Position numbers and translations under genes: made by a program. Shown one piece after another: positions 24,101 to 35,872 of a stretch of DNA of 64,000 bases; position 1 is the first letter of the stretch, and each line of letters begins with the position of its first letter. The notes beneath the pieces were generated by a model. It made no database searches and was not told where the DNA came from. It saw only the letters and a list, made by a program, of their open reading frames with translations. The DNA comes from Dendrobates tinctorius (taxonomy: Eukaryota), in NCBI RefSeq assembly GCF_039654945.1, contig NW_027361698.1, forward strand, positions 58,342,001 to 58,406,000, read 5' to 3'.

Positions 24101-24549
24101 GCTGCAGATGTCTGCTGCCTTCTCCTGCTCCTGGTTCTTGGCTTGGGTGGCATGTTGGGTGTGGCTGAGGGTCCCATTGTCTTGCTTTTATATATCTCCT
24201 GTGGGCAGAGCTACTGAGCATGCTCAGACCAAAAAAACGGATCCGGCGCATTGCGGCGCTCATAGGCTTTCATTGTGTGAAAAAGTCGGACGCGCCGGAT
24301 CCGGCGTGTCCGGCTTTTTCGCCGGAGACAAAAAACGTTACAGTAGCCGTTTTTTCCAGACGCCGGATCGCCACACATTGCCGGATCCGGCGAAAACCGG
24401 ATGAAACGCATGGCCATCCGGCGCGATCCGGCACAAATGCAAGTCAATGGGGGGGAATCCGGATCCGGCATTGCATTTCGCCGGATCCGGTTTCTGTCAA
24501 AAGCGCCGGATCGCGCCTGACGCCGAAAACCTGATGTGTGAAAGAGGCC
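21174..24549 (+). mobile_element. PIF/Harbinger copy 3, internally deleted (3376 bp), a more diverged variant
   Basis: Both TIRs are intact. The transposase is deleted at ~21541 (ATT microhomology; equals copy 1 1873-3129). A second deletion lies at ~23667. Flanks are TTA and TAA. Confidence 0.93.
22101..24153 (-). CDS. Delta-MADF accessory protein, 4 exons (24153-24020, 23933-23789, 23717-23575, 23463-22101), 594 aa
   Basis: In-frame fusion EEEGMGGQ|MRAPSGSGG of exons 3 and 6. Remaining splice sites are intact, the BESS-like motif is kept, and the C-terminus shifts into the PATCPVPDISPL frame. Confidence 0.72.
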
Positions 24550-25260
24550 TAAAACAGCCTTTGATCACATCACAAACTCGATTTGTCCAGCAGTGCTCTA
24601 GTAGTGCTGAATGCCTATGGAGTAAAATTTGAAAACTTTATCCATTATAAATTCATGTTGAGAATCTATGGCTCTGCCCTGCACCATGCCAAACAGACCT
24701 ACTTGACCACCCTGATCAACTCACTATCAAACAACCCAAAAAATGTCTTCAACAACTTTCCCTCCTCAGTCCGAAAGCACAGGCCCCTGTCACAGACATT
24801 TGTGCTGGTGATCTGACCTCCAACTTTACAGAGAAAATAGAAAATATTCATCAGGAAATCAACTCCCAGCCACTCAGTGCCATGACTCCCATCCCTCCCC
24901 ACATCTCCTCTGGCTCACTCTCCACATTTGACCCCCATCACAGAAGAAGACTTCTCCAGGCTCCTCTCTTCTTCTCATCCTCCTACATGCACTATTGACC
25001 CCTTTCCATCACACCTATTCCAGTCTCTCTCTCCAGTCGTCACTACTCGCCTAGCTAAAATCTTCAATCTCTCCATCTTCTCTGGTATTTCCCCTCTTAT
25101 TTCAAAAACTGTATCATTATTCCATTGTTATAAAAATCTCCCTTTCATACCTACACTCTTGGAGTGCTTGGTCTACTCCATCCTTACCCATTGCCTCTCC
25201 ACTCACTATCTCCTAGATCCATCACAGTCTGACTTCCTCCACTCACATTTTACAGAAATT

Positions 25261-25577
25261 TGTAACGAATGGAAGCGGAGGCACAGATGTTGCAGTGTAC
25301 ATTCGTTTATTGCTATTGTAGAGGAACCACAGGACTATGGGCTGGGGGGGCTCCGAAGGGTTCGTGACTATGCAAGACCCAGACACTCCTAGTAAGTCCG
25401 CTCAAGCAGGGTCAGATTGGAATGTCCGAGGGGCACAGGTGCTACCTCCAGTTAGACCCCGGACCCAGCAGAACAGGTGGGCTGGCCTAGATAGCAGGTA
25501 GCAGTGGACTTGACCAATGGCAAATGGCTGAGCAAGAAGGAACTGGCACAGGAAGTACAGACCTCATCCTGGGTGAC
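25261..25577. mobile_element. LTR-like fragment inside the L2
   Basis: TGTAAC...GTGACA segment unrelated to L2 that interrupts L2 RT homology. Confidence 0.45.
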
Positions 25578-26999
25578 AAAGTGACAACTATGCACTTCAT
25601 GTCTTGACCTTACTCCCATTGCACTATAGAACATCAGTGACCGCCTGTCCACAGTTTCCAACATCATGTCTGCTCTCTATATGAAACTCAACCTTTCATA
25701 AACTGAATTTCTTCTGCTTCTGCTGTCTAATAACTTCCCTAAATCTGACATCTCACTCTACGTGTGTGGCACCACAATAATATCCAGGCAGAAGGCTCAC
25801 TGTCTAGGTGTTTTGTTTGACACCAATCTTTCCTTCATTTCCTTCACCTCCTATGAACAATCTCTTGTCGTTTGCACCTAAAGAACATCTCTAGAATCTG
25901 CCTATTTCTCACCAAAGAAACAACAAAAACCCTCACTGTTGCCCTGATCCACTCCGGCCTTGACTACTGTAATTCTCTATTAATTGGCTTCTTCCTCACT
26001 CAACTTTCCCCTCTCCAGTCCATCCTTAATGCAGCAGTCAAGGTTATCTATCTGGCTAATTGTTACTTGGACACCTCCGCTCTATGCCAGTCATTGCACT
26101 GGCTGTCCATATATTATAGTATCCCATTTAAACTGCTTGATCTCACCCACAAAGCTCTCCACAGTGCAGCACTCCCCTACCTCTCCTCCCTCATTTCTGT
26201 TTTTCAGCCTACCTGCTCATTATGCTCTGCAAGTGACTTTCAACTAACTTCAGCAATAATTCATACCTCTCACTCCCAACTCCAAGGCTTCTCCGAGTTG
26301 CACCAATCCTCTGGAATGGTCTACCCCAAGAAATTAGGACTAACCACAACTTACATAGTTTTAGGCGTTCCCTAAAAACATTTCTGTTTAGGATGGCCTA
26401 TCACGTTCCCTAATCTAAGTCCATTTCTAGATAGCCCATTCACTATTTCTCTGAATATAACTCTAAATCAAATTCCACCCCCAAAAGCACTACAAATACT
26501 GGCTTGTGACTAACTCAAGCAGGCTTTATCTATCCCCCCTTTTCCACAAGATGGCTGGACCATCATTGTAAATAAGCACCTGTACTTTATGTCTCCCCCA
26601 ACTCACTGTAGATTGTAAGCGCTTACGAGCACAGTCGTCATTATCTTTGTTTTAATTATTATATTATCTTTAACTTTTTAATTATGACTGTTGGGAATGA
26701 ACTGTTGAATTGTAAAGTGCTGCGGAATATGCTGGCACTATTTAAATAATGAGTATTATTGCTATTATACCTTGACCCTAGTGTTAAACACACCAGTCAC
26801 TTTCTACAGCTCTTTCCACTTCAGCTCTTTCTTTTTCCAATCTGGTTCTGGCTCTCATAGACTTACTTTGAGTTTTGACTTCCAGCTCACACAGCAGATC
26901 CGGCAGGTCTCAACCAGCAGAAGACCAACAGCCTAATGCTGCATATTCAGGTGGGCTGAACTGCGTAGACCTCCCTCTGGTGGGATCACTGCTAGCACA

Positions 27000-28260
27000 T
27001 TGAGAAAAAGTCTCATGGTGCAGAGGTGAGTTCACCGCATACTATTTCTCTCTGTGCTGCAGTGATCTCATGGGAGGAAGGTCAGTGCAGTTCATTGAGG
27101 CTGTGCAGCAGCTCATTCATCAATGGTACTCAGCCTGGACGGTGACATCTTAGCACCATCCAGGTTGAAAACTATTTAGCCCAGACATGGATTATGGAGT
27201 GGGACAGTGCGTTGGACAGGTGTGGGATATGTTTTTTTATTTTTGTTTTTTTTACAAGAAACGAGGAATTCAATGGAATGGGACATTAGTTGAGTATAAT
27301 TGTGTTTGCTGCTTTTAAATAAAATAGGAAAAATGTGTTTTTTTATTTCAAATATAAGACTTTATACTTGCTGTGTGTTTATTTACAATATAATTATGGG
27401 ATTAGTAATGGATAATCATCTTATTGATGCCTATCCATTACTACTCTGTGGGCTTGATGTCACCAGACAATACAACGGTGATATCAACCCCACAAATATG
27501 AACCCACTTTCCACCACTACAGGACAAATGGGAAGAGCCAGGCAAAGTGCCAGAACTGGCAGTTGTAGGCTGCTATTATTAGGTATGGGGGGGGCAATAT
27601 CCATGGCCTCTTACCAGCCTGAGCATACCAGCTGTCTGCTTTAGCAAGGCTTGTTGTCAAAAATGGGGGCGACCCCATGCCATTTTTTAAATTATTTATT
27701 TAAATAATTAAAAAACAGCATGGGTACCCCTCTTTTGATAACCAACATTTGCTAAAGCTGACAGCTGAGGTTTGCAGCCCCAGATGTCAGCTTTGCCTGG
27801 TTAGTTGTCAAAAAACCAGGGAAACCCACACCGTTTATATTTTAAGTTATTTATTTAGAGTGCAAGCGTCAGCTGATGAATTCTCCCATCAGCTGCTGCC
27901 TGCTCTTGTTCTAATTAGCGATAGCAGGCATTGGCTGATGGGAGCAGTAGTCTCATCAGCTGATGCAAGTGACTGGAGGTAAAGTTTTTACCTGAGATCA
28001 CAGCTGCATGCTCACACTATCATTAACAGCATGGGAACCGCGGCTGTCTGACCAGCGGTAATGATGCCGATCAGAAACAGTGTTTGCCGCGCTGTCATGC
28101 ACTGACAGCAAGGCAAACACTGGATGTTCAGGCCCCCTATTCAAGTAAATGGGGTCCGGGTTTGGGTCCATGTACTGTTCTAGTACCTGAACGCGAACTT
28201 TTTTTTAACTGTTTGACTGTATTTGCTGCTCCCAAACATCCAGGGGTCCGCCCATCTCTA
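27000..28260. mobile_element. Non-autonomous hAT-type element remnant; internal blocks shared with ~9250-9960 and ~12200-12300
   Basis: Ends in CATCCAGGGGTCCGCCCATCTCTA, a hAT-like terminus. Shares blocks such as GGATTAGTAATGGATA and TTATTTAAATAATTAAAAAACAG. Left boundary is approximate. Confidence 0.55.
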
Positions 28261-28687
28261 TTTTTTACCCATTTTCCCCATATTGTGAAAAATCTCCTTA
28301 ATAAAAAGTAATGTTTCCAAAGGGGTCAGGGTTAGATGGAATATCGCTGGATTAATATATTAAGGGGGTGTGGTATAAAAGAGACAAAGAAAAGGAAAGC
28401 TGTTCCTATTTCTGTAATTTCAAGAAAAAATGCCAAATTGGGAGATGATAAAGTCAATCTGATTAATTTTTTTATATTTTGGTAGATTGGACCTTTACAA
28501 ACATAGTTATACCAAATAAGTGTGTTTTTTTATTTTTTTTATTTTTAGTGAGTTCGAAGGGGAGTGATTTGAACTTTTTTTTTATTTCTTTATTTCATAT
28601 TTGCAAAAACTTTTTCTTTTCACTTTTCACTGTATTAAATAGTTCTCTTAGGGGATTTGAAGTTGGAATTATCTGATCACTTGTGTT

Positions 28688-29608
28688 TAGTGTTGAGCGA
28701 TACTTTCCGATATTGAGAAATATCGGATCGGATTGGATCGGACCGATACCCAAAAAGAATCGGGTATCGCCGATTCCGATACCAGAAAACCCCATTCAAG
28801 TCAATGGGACAGAAATATCGGAATGAAAAAACCCCTTTCTTTACTTGCACATCCAGTTTGGGAGGGGGGAAGAGTGTGGGCGGTGCGTGGGCGGACACTG
28901 TGTGTCTGTGTGTGTGGGCGAGGTCTGTATGGGCCTCTCGGGGGTCTGTGCGGGCTTGCCGGGGGTCTGTGAGGGCCTGCCGGGGGTCTGTGCGGGCTGC
29001 CGGGGGTCTTATTTTTTTTTTACATTCAACACATTAGCCGGATGATGGGACTACTACTGTCCCATCATTGGCTAATGTGTCAATCACTGTCATTGTAGCA
29101 GGCATAGCCCGATGGGACTTGCAGTCCCATCGGAAGATACCTGCACACACACAACCCCCGGCAGGCCCGAACAGACCCCCGGCAGCCCACACAAATCCTC
29201 GGCAGGCCAGCACAAACTCCCGGCAGCCCGCACACAGACCCCCGCAGGCCCGTACAGACCCCCGGCAGGCCCGTACAGACCCCCGGCAGCCCGCACAGAC
29301 CCCCGGCAGGCCCGCACAGACCCCCGGCAGCCCGTCCAGACCCCCGGCAACCCGCACAGACCCCCGGCAGGCCCACACAGACCCCCGGCAGGCCTGCATA
29401 GACCGCGCATCATGATGCGCACAGACCGCGCATCATGATGACATCATTTCAGCAGCCAATCACAGCCACAACACTGGCTCATTGCATTATGAGAACTTCC
29501 AATTCAGGTATCCGATATTGTAAAAATATCGGTGCTCGGTATGGGAATTCCGATACAGCGAATATCGGCCGATAACCGATATTTGCAGTATCGGAATGCT
29601 CAATACTA
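28688..29608. mobile_element. Non-autonomous hAT element with GC-rich internal minisatellite
   Basis: TIR TAGTGTTGAGC...GCTCAATACTA. Perfect 8-bp TSD CTTGTGTT (28680-28687, 29609-29616). CCGATA/TATCGG subterminal motifs and (CCCGCACAGACCCCCGGCAG)n repeats. Confidence 0.9.
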
Positions 29609-29645
29609 CTTGTGTTATACATAAAATTGTATCAGCTCTGACATG

Positions 29646-32331
29646 TGTAAGGAGGTGATGTACAAGAGCAGCTGGGGGAGGGCTGTCTCCTCTGCTCCAT
29701 GCACAGAACCATTGGATAGGGGAGGGGCTGAGCACAGGGGGCAAGGAGAGGAGAGCAGATAGAGACTGCAGAAGAGACCGAGCTCCCGATCACAGAGAAA
29801 GTCCAGGGAATCGTGCATAGGGACAGCAGAATGTTAGTACGTGAGACTGTGTACTGTGGACGCGTGAGCAGGAACAGGGAGTGTTAGCACCAGTGGGGAA
29901 GGTATGGAGTAGGGAGGTAGCTGCCCCTCAATGGGTGGAAGCCCTGAAAGAAGAGATTAAGTGGATCCGTGAGGAAATGGCCGAATATAAGAGGGCCCCT
30001 ACTATAGAAACTTCCCCCAAACGTGAGACTATTGCCGCTCAGTGAAGAAGACCATCTACATGCTGCAACTGTGGAGTACTCAGCTCGAATAAAGAAGAGA
30101 TGGCATGGGATTCCCGGCTGAAGATAAGAGGAATCTGGAAGGAGATTGAGAGTCTGGGAGAAGCCCTTACTGCTGTCTTGGGGACCAGCGGCATGTCCCG
30201 AGGTAACGTGTGGAAGCACACAGAGAGAGGTAGAGAACAAGTGCGGAGCATGAAGAAGACTTCAGCAGTGGCTCCAGAGCATGATCATGTGTCCAGAAGT
30301 GAGGAGCAACCACCAATGAGCGATGCTTCCCACCGAAGTCGGCGATAGAGACCAAAGAGCAAACCAGATGGATGCAGCCGTGAGTGCTGGGCGTGCGGAA
30401 AAGTGGGACACCTGTCCAGAAATTACTCGACCCGAGAACGGCGGTGGCAGAGATCCGCTCACCCCTCTGAGGTTCCTGCTAATTGGAGGGAGCGTCGCCC
30501 CTGGAAGGAAAGGTATGGTGGGAGAAGGATAGCCCCACGCAGAGAAAGACAGTGTTCTGGTGTCAGACACCAAGAAGAGGTGGAGAAGATGTCGACTGTC
30601 CACGAACATATGTCTGTACTGTCCCGGCACGTGCAGGCGGGGTTGGAAGAACCCCGACCTGGGTCTGGAGGCCATGACGGTAAAGTTTGACCCATAGAGG
30701 AGGAAGAGACTATTGCCCGAGTGGTCCATCGAGATGAGTTACTATCGGACCCGCCACAAGCTACCGGCCAAGGAGAAAAGGAGAAAAGAGCTTCTGAAAT
30801 ACCCATTCCTGCAGTTCCGGTCACTGAGGAGAAAGAGCTACTGGTGTCGTCCCCTGAGGTGGGGCCTGTGCCGTCTGCCAGCTCACAAGATTCCAACTGG
30901 GCAAACAAGATAGAACAGCGGTGTGAAACAGGGAGTGTGGCTGAAAAATCCTGGAAAGTGATGCCCGACGTGGATGTTGAAGATTCCTGCTTGAATGACC
31001 CTGATCCCTCCGGTTCTAGTTTTGTCAAAAGAACTCCTGTCAAAGGGGGGAAGCTGTGGAGAAGAATTGCCAGGACTAAGTCCCCAAACTGAGAAGCCCA
31101 GGCAAGAAGTCCCTACATTTCACACTGATGGTGAAGTAAAGGGCGAAACGTCTGTTAGCGGCAAAGTCAAGAAGAAGAAAAAAGAAGACAGTAGAAGTCG
31201 TCGGAAGAGTTAATGCCATAACACAAAAGGCATCTGAGGAATGGTGTTCTACAGCTGACGATGAAGTAGAGGAAGAACATCCAAACCTAACTGATGAGCA
31301 ACTCCTAAACCAGTTAGTTTGGGAGTATTTGGCAGAAGAAAGACTGGAGCAGATGCGAGGTTTACAGGTATTTGTCTACCTGTAACAGAGCAATGAGAAG
31401 CACGAAGACCCCTCGCCCATGGAATGGCGATCTAAAAGAGAGGGGGAATGTAAGGAGGTGAAGTACAAGAGCAGCCGGGGGAGGGCTGCCTCCTCTGCTC
31501 CATGCACAGAACCATTGGATAGGGTAGGGGCTGAGCACAGGGGGCCAGGAGAGTAGAGCAGAGAGTGGGAAATCTGCCTGGGCTTTCTCTCAGTGCAGCC
31601 TGGGGAGCTGAAGGGGAAGGACGCTGATAGAGACTGCAGAAGAGACCGAGCTCCCAGTCACAGAGAAAGTCCGGGGTATCGTGCATAGGGACAGCAGAAC
31701 GTAAGTACGTGAGACTGTGTACTGTGGAGACAGTGGAGCTGCGCCCTGACCCCATGGACAGACTGAGACCTGCAGAGAAGCAGAGACCGCAGCCCGTGAC
31801 TACAAACAGTTGGAGTCTGCAGTGACAGATAAGTTGTGTCCTGATCCCCATGTGAAGTCTGTGTCCAGAGCAAGGGCTGTATGCTGTGATTCATGTGTTA
31901 GTGTAGAACCCCTGATGCTGGTGAGAGAACACCTCTACCAAAGCAGGGAGAAGGACTTGGAGAAAAAGGAGCATATCGTCAGCCTCAGACCCTATTGGCT
32001 CCTGCGTTAACCCCTCGTATTCCAGCTGGACTTCATTAAGGACCCCAGAGACAGAGGACATGAAGCACCGCTTGTGTCTTGGTGCCAACGTTGGACAAAA
32101 GTGATCCCCTCCAATCAAGACCCCCGGGACTGATAAGTTTGTCTCATAGGAGAATACCTTTTCTACTGATTGAACCTTATATATGTCTCTCTGCTGTTGT
32201 TATAATCTGTTATATCTCATTCTCTGTTATGCTGTATGTTTTACCAGTATTATCCCTTGTAAATAAGCCTCCCTTTTACTGTTGGTCTGCCTGTTCCATG
32301 GTGACATATATCTCTTCTGCACCTTATTACA
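29646..32331 (+). mobile_element. LTR retroelement with gag-like ORF only (partial 5' LTR 29646-~29860; 3' LTR 31449-32331)
   Basis: Two direct repeats start TGTAAGGAGGTGA. Polypurine tract AAAAGAGAGGGGGAA at 31434-31448. The 3' LTR ends TTACA. Flanks CATG/CTTG. Confidence 0.8.
29863..31092 (+). pseudogene. gag-like ORF with zinc-knuckle motifs, broken by stops
   Basis: ORFs starting at 30100, 30403 and 30721 share one frame. ECWACGKVGHLSRNY is a CCHC knuckle with the last C mutated. A second remnant, TCCNCG, lies at ~30058. Confidence 0.6.
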
Positions 32332-32760
32332 CTTGTATAGAGAAAATGATGATCTCCTATGAATGCTGGTCACATGCTGGCATTCACAGAAGCATCATAA
32401 TGACAGACACAGGAGTCATCAACAGACCACTAGCTGTCATGCAACCCATCGACGCACAGTGATGGCGTGACAGAGGAGGATGATTGACAGCGGGATTTAA
32501 CGGTTTAACAGCGGCGGACAGAGCACCGCTCTACCCGTGGCTGTTAAAAGCACATGATAGCTGATTAAATCAGTCATCATGTGTGAGTAAAGATGTGTGC
32601 TTGGCGTGTGAGCCTATATCAAAGGCTGTGACATGACTTTTGTCATAAATGTTCTTCAAAGATCGAGAAGGGTTTAAAGTTCAAAAAAATTAAACTTAAA
32701 TGGGATGTTTCAGTTTAGACAAATGCTTCAGATTATCCCTAATATAAATATTATATTTAA

Positions 32761-33061
32761 TGGGAATCTGTCAATAGTTTTTCCTTATATGAACTGTATT
32801 TACCGCCTTTGTGTTTAATAGCAATCCTGCAGCAGGCTAACGTCTTCTATATGAATCAAGGCTGAAAACAGGAAGCATAGAGCACAGGACAGAGACACCT
32901 ATCGGACTACTGGTTAGTTGATTAGCATATAGAGAGGAACAATTATAAAACTCCTTTTCTTAGCTATGTGAGGCACTGTGAACTTTTGTAGGAATACTTT
33001 TCTCGATTTCTGACAGGTGATGGATACAGTGTTACATAGAAAATCTATAGACAGATTCCCT
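32761..33061. mobile_element. Kolobok/T2-type MITE
   Basis: TTAA|TGGGAATCTGTC ... GACAGATTCCCT|TTAA. Confidence 0.7.
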
Positions 33062-33220
33062 TTAATGGCAAAGAGTCTGCATTTCTGAACATTAAAACAG
33101 TAAGACAGTGCAGCTCTGAGATCTTCTTCTTACACGGTTCCTTCCTCCAGACATCAGTTATCCATGGCTTTGTCTAATCCTTCATGCAAAAAATGTTTGC
33201 AGGGCTTGTGCATCACTATG

Positions 33221-33518
33221 TAGTGATAAGCGAGCGTGCTTGGATAAGTTATTATCCAAGCATGCTCATGTCCTCATTGAGTATTTTGGCGTACTCGAAA
33301 AATATGCTTAAGTCACTGCCGCTGCATGTCTCGCAACTGATTGACAGCCACAACACAGGTATTGCCTGTTCATTAGGCAATCCTTGCATGTGTTCCGGCT
33401 GTCGAAATGAGACAAGCAGTCGTTTGTAGTGCATGTTTTTTGAGCACTCCGAAAATACTCTATTAGGATACGAGTGTGCTCAGATAACACCTTATCCAAA
33501 CACGCTCACTCATCACTA
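33221..33518. mobile_element. hAT-type MITE
   Basis: TIR TAGTGATAAGCGAGCGTGCTTGGATAAG ... CTTATCCAAACACGCTCACTCATCACTA. TSD not recognisable. Confidence 0.65.
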
Positions 33519-33765
33519 GTGCTGTCTATCATTTTGATGGATATCACTCTTCCCCATTTAATTCTATGGGGCCGTGCACATGTCTGATTTTTTTTTTCAA
33601 ACCAATTCGTTTTGAAGAAAAAATCACACCATGCACGGATTGCCTCCGGTTATCAAATCACACTTGGCTATTCATGTCTATGTTCATTTAGAAGATGGAG
33701 AAACTTTTTTCTTTATATCTGTGAAATTTGGATCGCACTCTGATCAGAGTCTGATCAGAATGTAA

Positions 33766-34200
33766 GGCTGTGGTCACACTAGCATATGACATCCGATTCG
33801 AGAGCATCGGATGCGATATGCTAATGACCGTCGGCTCCTGCTCTGCTGCGAGCGGGAGCCGAGTATCATGCTACTGTGCTCCGAGCCTCTCGCAAAGAGA
33901 GGATCTAAGCACAGCTGCGGAGGAGACAGAGAAACTAATTTCTCCATCTCCTCCATTGCCAGCATTGGCATATATCGCACATCACTTGGATGGTACCAGA
34001 GTGATGTGCGCTGTGTCACTCGAACCCATAGACTTATATGGATGCGAGTGAGCCGAGTCTCAGCTGAGTTTCGATGCCAATCGCAGCATGCTGTGATTTC
34101 TCTCGCTTGTAGAATAGAGGCGAGAAAAAAAGTGATGGGAGCTGCCCATACATTAACAGTTAGTAATGATTATTCACACTTCACATTTTATACTATGCTT
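33766..34200. mobile_element. Harbinger MITE remnant
   Basis: TAA|GGCTGTGGTCACACTAGC left end; right end decayed. Confidence 0.5.
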
Positions 34201-34510
34201 TTTAAAATTTCAAAAATGTAATTTTCTAGGGTCAAGACAAGTAGAGTTCCATCAAAACTGTGGTGAAACAGAAGGTCAAGGTTGTTGAAAGATGAGAATC
34301 AATGTCAGATTAAAAGACTGATGGGAAATTGTAGCACAAGGATGGTCACCTTAGCATTAGTTTAGAAACGTGCTTGGGTGTACACTGCCTCTTAAGGAGA
34401 CCATAAGTTAGCAGACGCATGCCACCAATACCAGAGTGCTAGCCAGAGGAGCATGTCAGCAGCCATGTAGCTACAAGCAGAGAGAAGGAGAAGAGTGACT
34501 GAGGAACAGA

Positions 34511-35450
34511 CATCCACAGATGGGGGTTGTGCTCACAGCCCAACACCATGCAAGATGCTTGGCATTTGCCACAGAACACCAGGATTGGCAAATTCCCCAC
34601 TGGTGCCCTATGCTCTTTACAGATGAAAGCAGGTTCACACTGAGCACATGTGACAGACGTTACAGAGTGTGGGGACGCCATGGAGAGCTGTCTGCTGCCT
34701 CCAACATCTTTCAGGATGACCGGTTGGGCAGTGGGTCAGTAATGATGTGGGGTGGCATTTCTTTGGAGGGCTGCACGGTGTTGGGCTGTGAGTACAACCC
34801 CATCTGTGGACGTTGGGCACTCAGACCATCCTTATGGAGTCGGTTTCTAACCGTTTGTGCAGGCACATGCACATTTGTGGCCTCCTGGAGGTCATTTTGC
34901 AGGGCTCTGGCAGTGCTCCTCCAGTTCTTCCTTTCACAAAAGCAGAGATAGAGGTCCTGCTGCTGGGTTGTTGCCCTCCTATGGACCCCTCCATGTCTCC
35001 TGGTGTACTGGCCTGTCTCCTGATAGCGCCTCCAGCCTCTGGACACTACGTTGACTGACACAGCAAACCTTCTTGCCACAGCTCGCATTGATGTGCCATC
35101 CTTGATGAGCTGCACTACCTGAGCCACTTGTGTGGGTTGTAGAGTCCGTCTCATGCTACCACGAGTGTGAAAGCACAACCAACATTCAAAAGTGACCAAA
35201 ACATCAGCCAGAAAGCATTGGCACTGAGATGTGGTCTGTGGTCCCCACCTGCAGAACTACTCCTTTATTGAGGGTGTCTTGTTAATTGCCAATAATTTCC
35301 ATCTGTTGTCTATTCCATTTGCACAACAGCATGTGAAATTGATTGTCAATCAGTGTTGCTTCCTAAGTGGACAGTTTGATTTCACAGGTGTTTGATTTAC
35401 TTGGAATTATATTCTGTTGTTTAAGTGTTCCCTTTATTTTTTGAGCAGTG
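34511..35450 (-). mobile_element. Tc1/mariner fragment with an internal inversion
   Basis: TIR CACTGCTCAAAAAATAAAGGGAACAC plus TA at 35450. The N-terminal HTH part is on the minus strand ([11 protein letters not shown]...TVRNRLH). The catalytic part ([16 protein letters not shown]) is on the plus strand at 34520-34777. Confidence 0.88.
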
Positions 35451-35499
35451 TATATATGTATACATATATATGTACAGTTTCTGTGAATCTTTAGTTTCT

Positions 35500-35872
35500 A
35501 ACTATATATAGTTAGGATTCTTTACTATAAGAGCAGTGAGACTATGGAACTCTCTGCCATAGATGTTGTAATGAGTGATTCCCTACTAAAATTTAAGAAG
35601 GGACTGGATGCCTTTCTTGAAAAGTATAATATTACAGGGTATATACACTAGTTTCCTTAATATTGCGTTGATTCAGGGAGCTAGGTCTGATTGCCGTATG
35701 TGGAGTCAGGAAGGAATTTTTTCCCCCAATGTGAAGCTTACAGTTTGTCACATGGGTTTTTTTTGCCTTCCTCTGGATCAACATGTTAGGGCAGGTTAGG
35801 ACAGGATATGGGTTGAACTAGATGGACTTAACATCTTCCTTCAACCTTAATAACTATGTTACTATGTTACTA
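35500..35872 (+). mobile_element. Short CR1-type 3' fragment
   Basis: Reads FFTIRAVRLWNSLP and KFKKGLDAFL, then a (ACTATGTT)n tail. Confidence 0.7.

Larger units (their letters stand above)
14680..26770 (+). mobile_element. Old L2-clade LINE (endonuclease + RT, decayed), interrupted by a MITE, Harbinger copies 2 and 3 and an LTR fragment
   Basis: Fragments homologous to the L2 at 54916-58610 ([57 protein letters not shown]). L2 3' end GCTGCGGAATATGCTGGCACTAT plus ATT repeats at ~26720-26768. Confidence 0.85.

Noticed and set aside
15530-24549. Assembly duplication as the origin of copies 2 and 3
   Set aside because: The copies have different flanks, distinct substitutions, deletions and repeat counts, and the spacer fits host L2 sequence.
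28804-29438. Cluster of overlapping ORFs (CRGSVRA/GLPGVC repeats)
   Set aside because: Produced by a GC-rich minisatellite in a non-autonomous hAT element.
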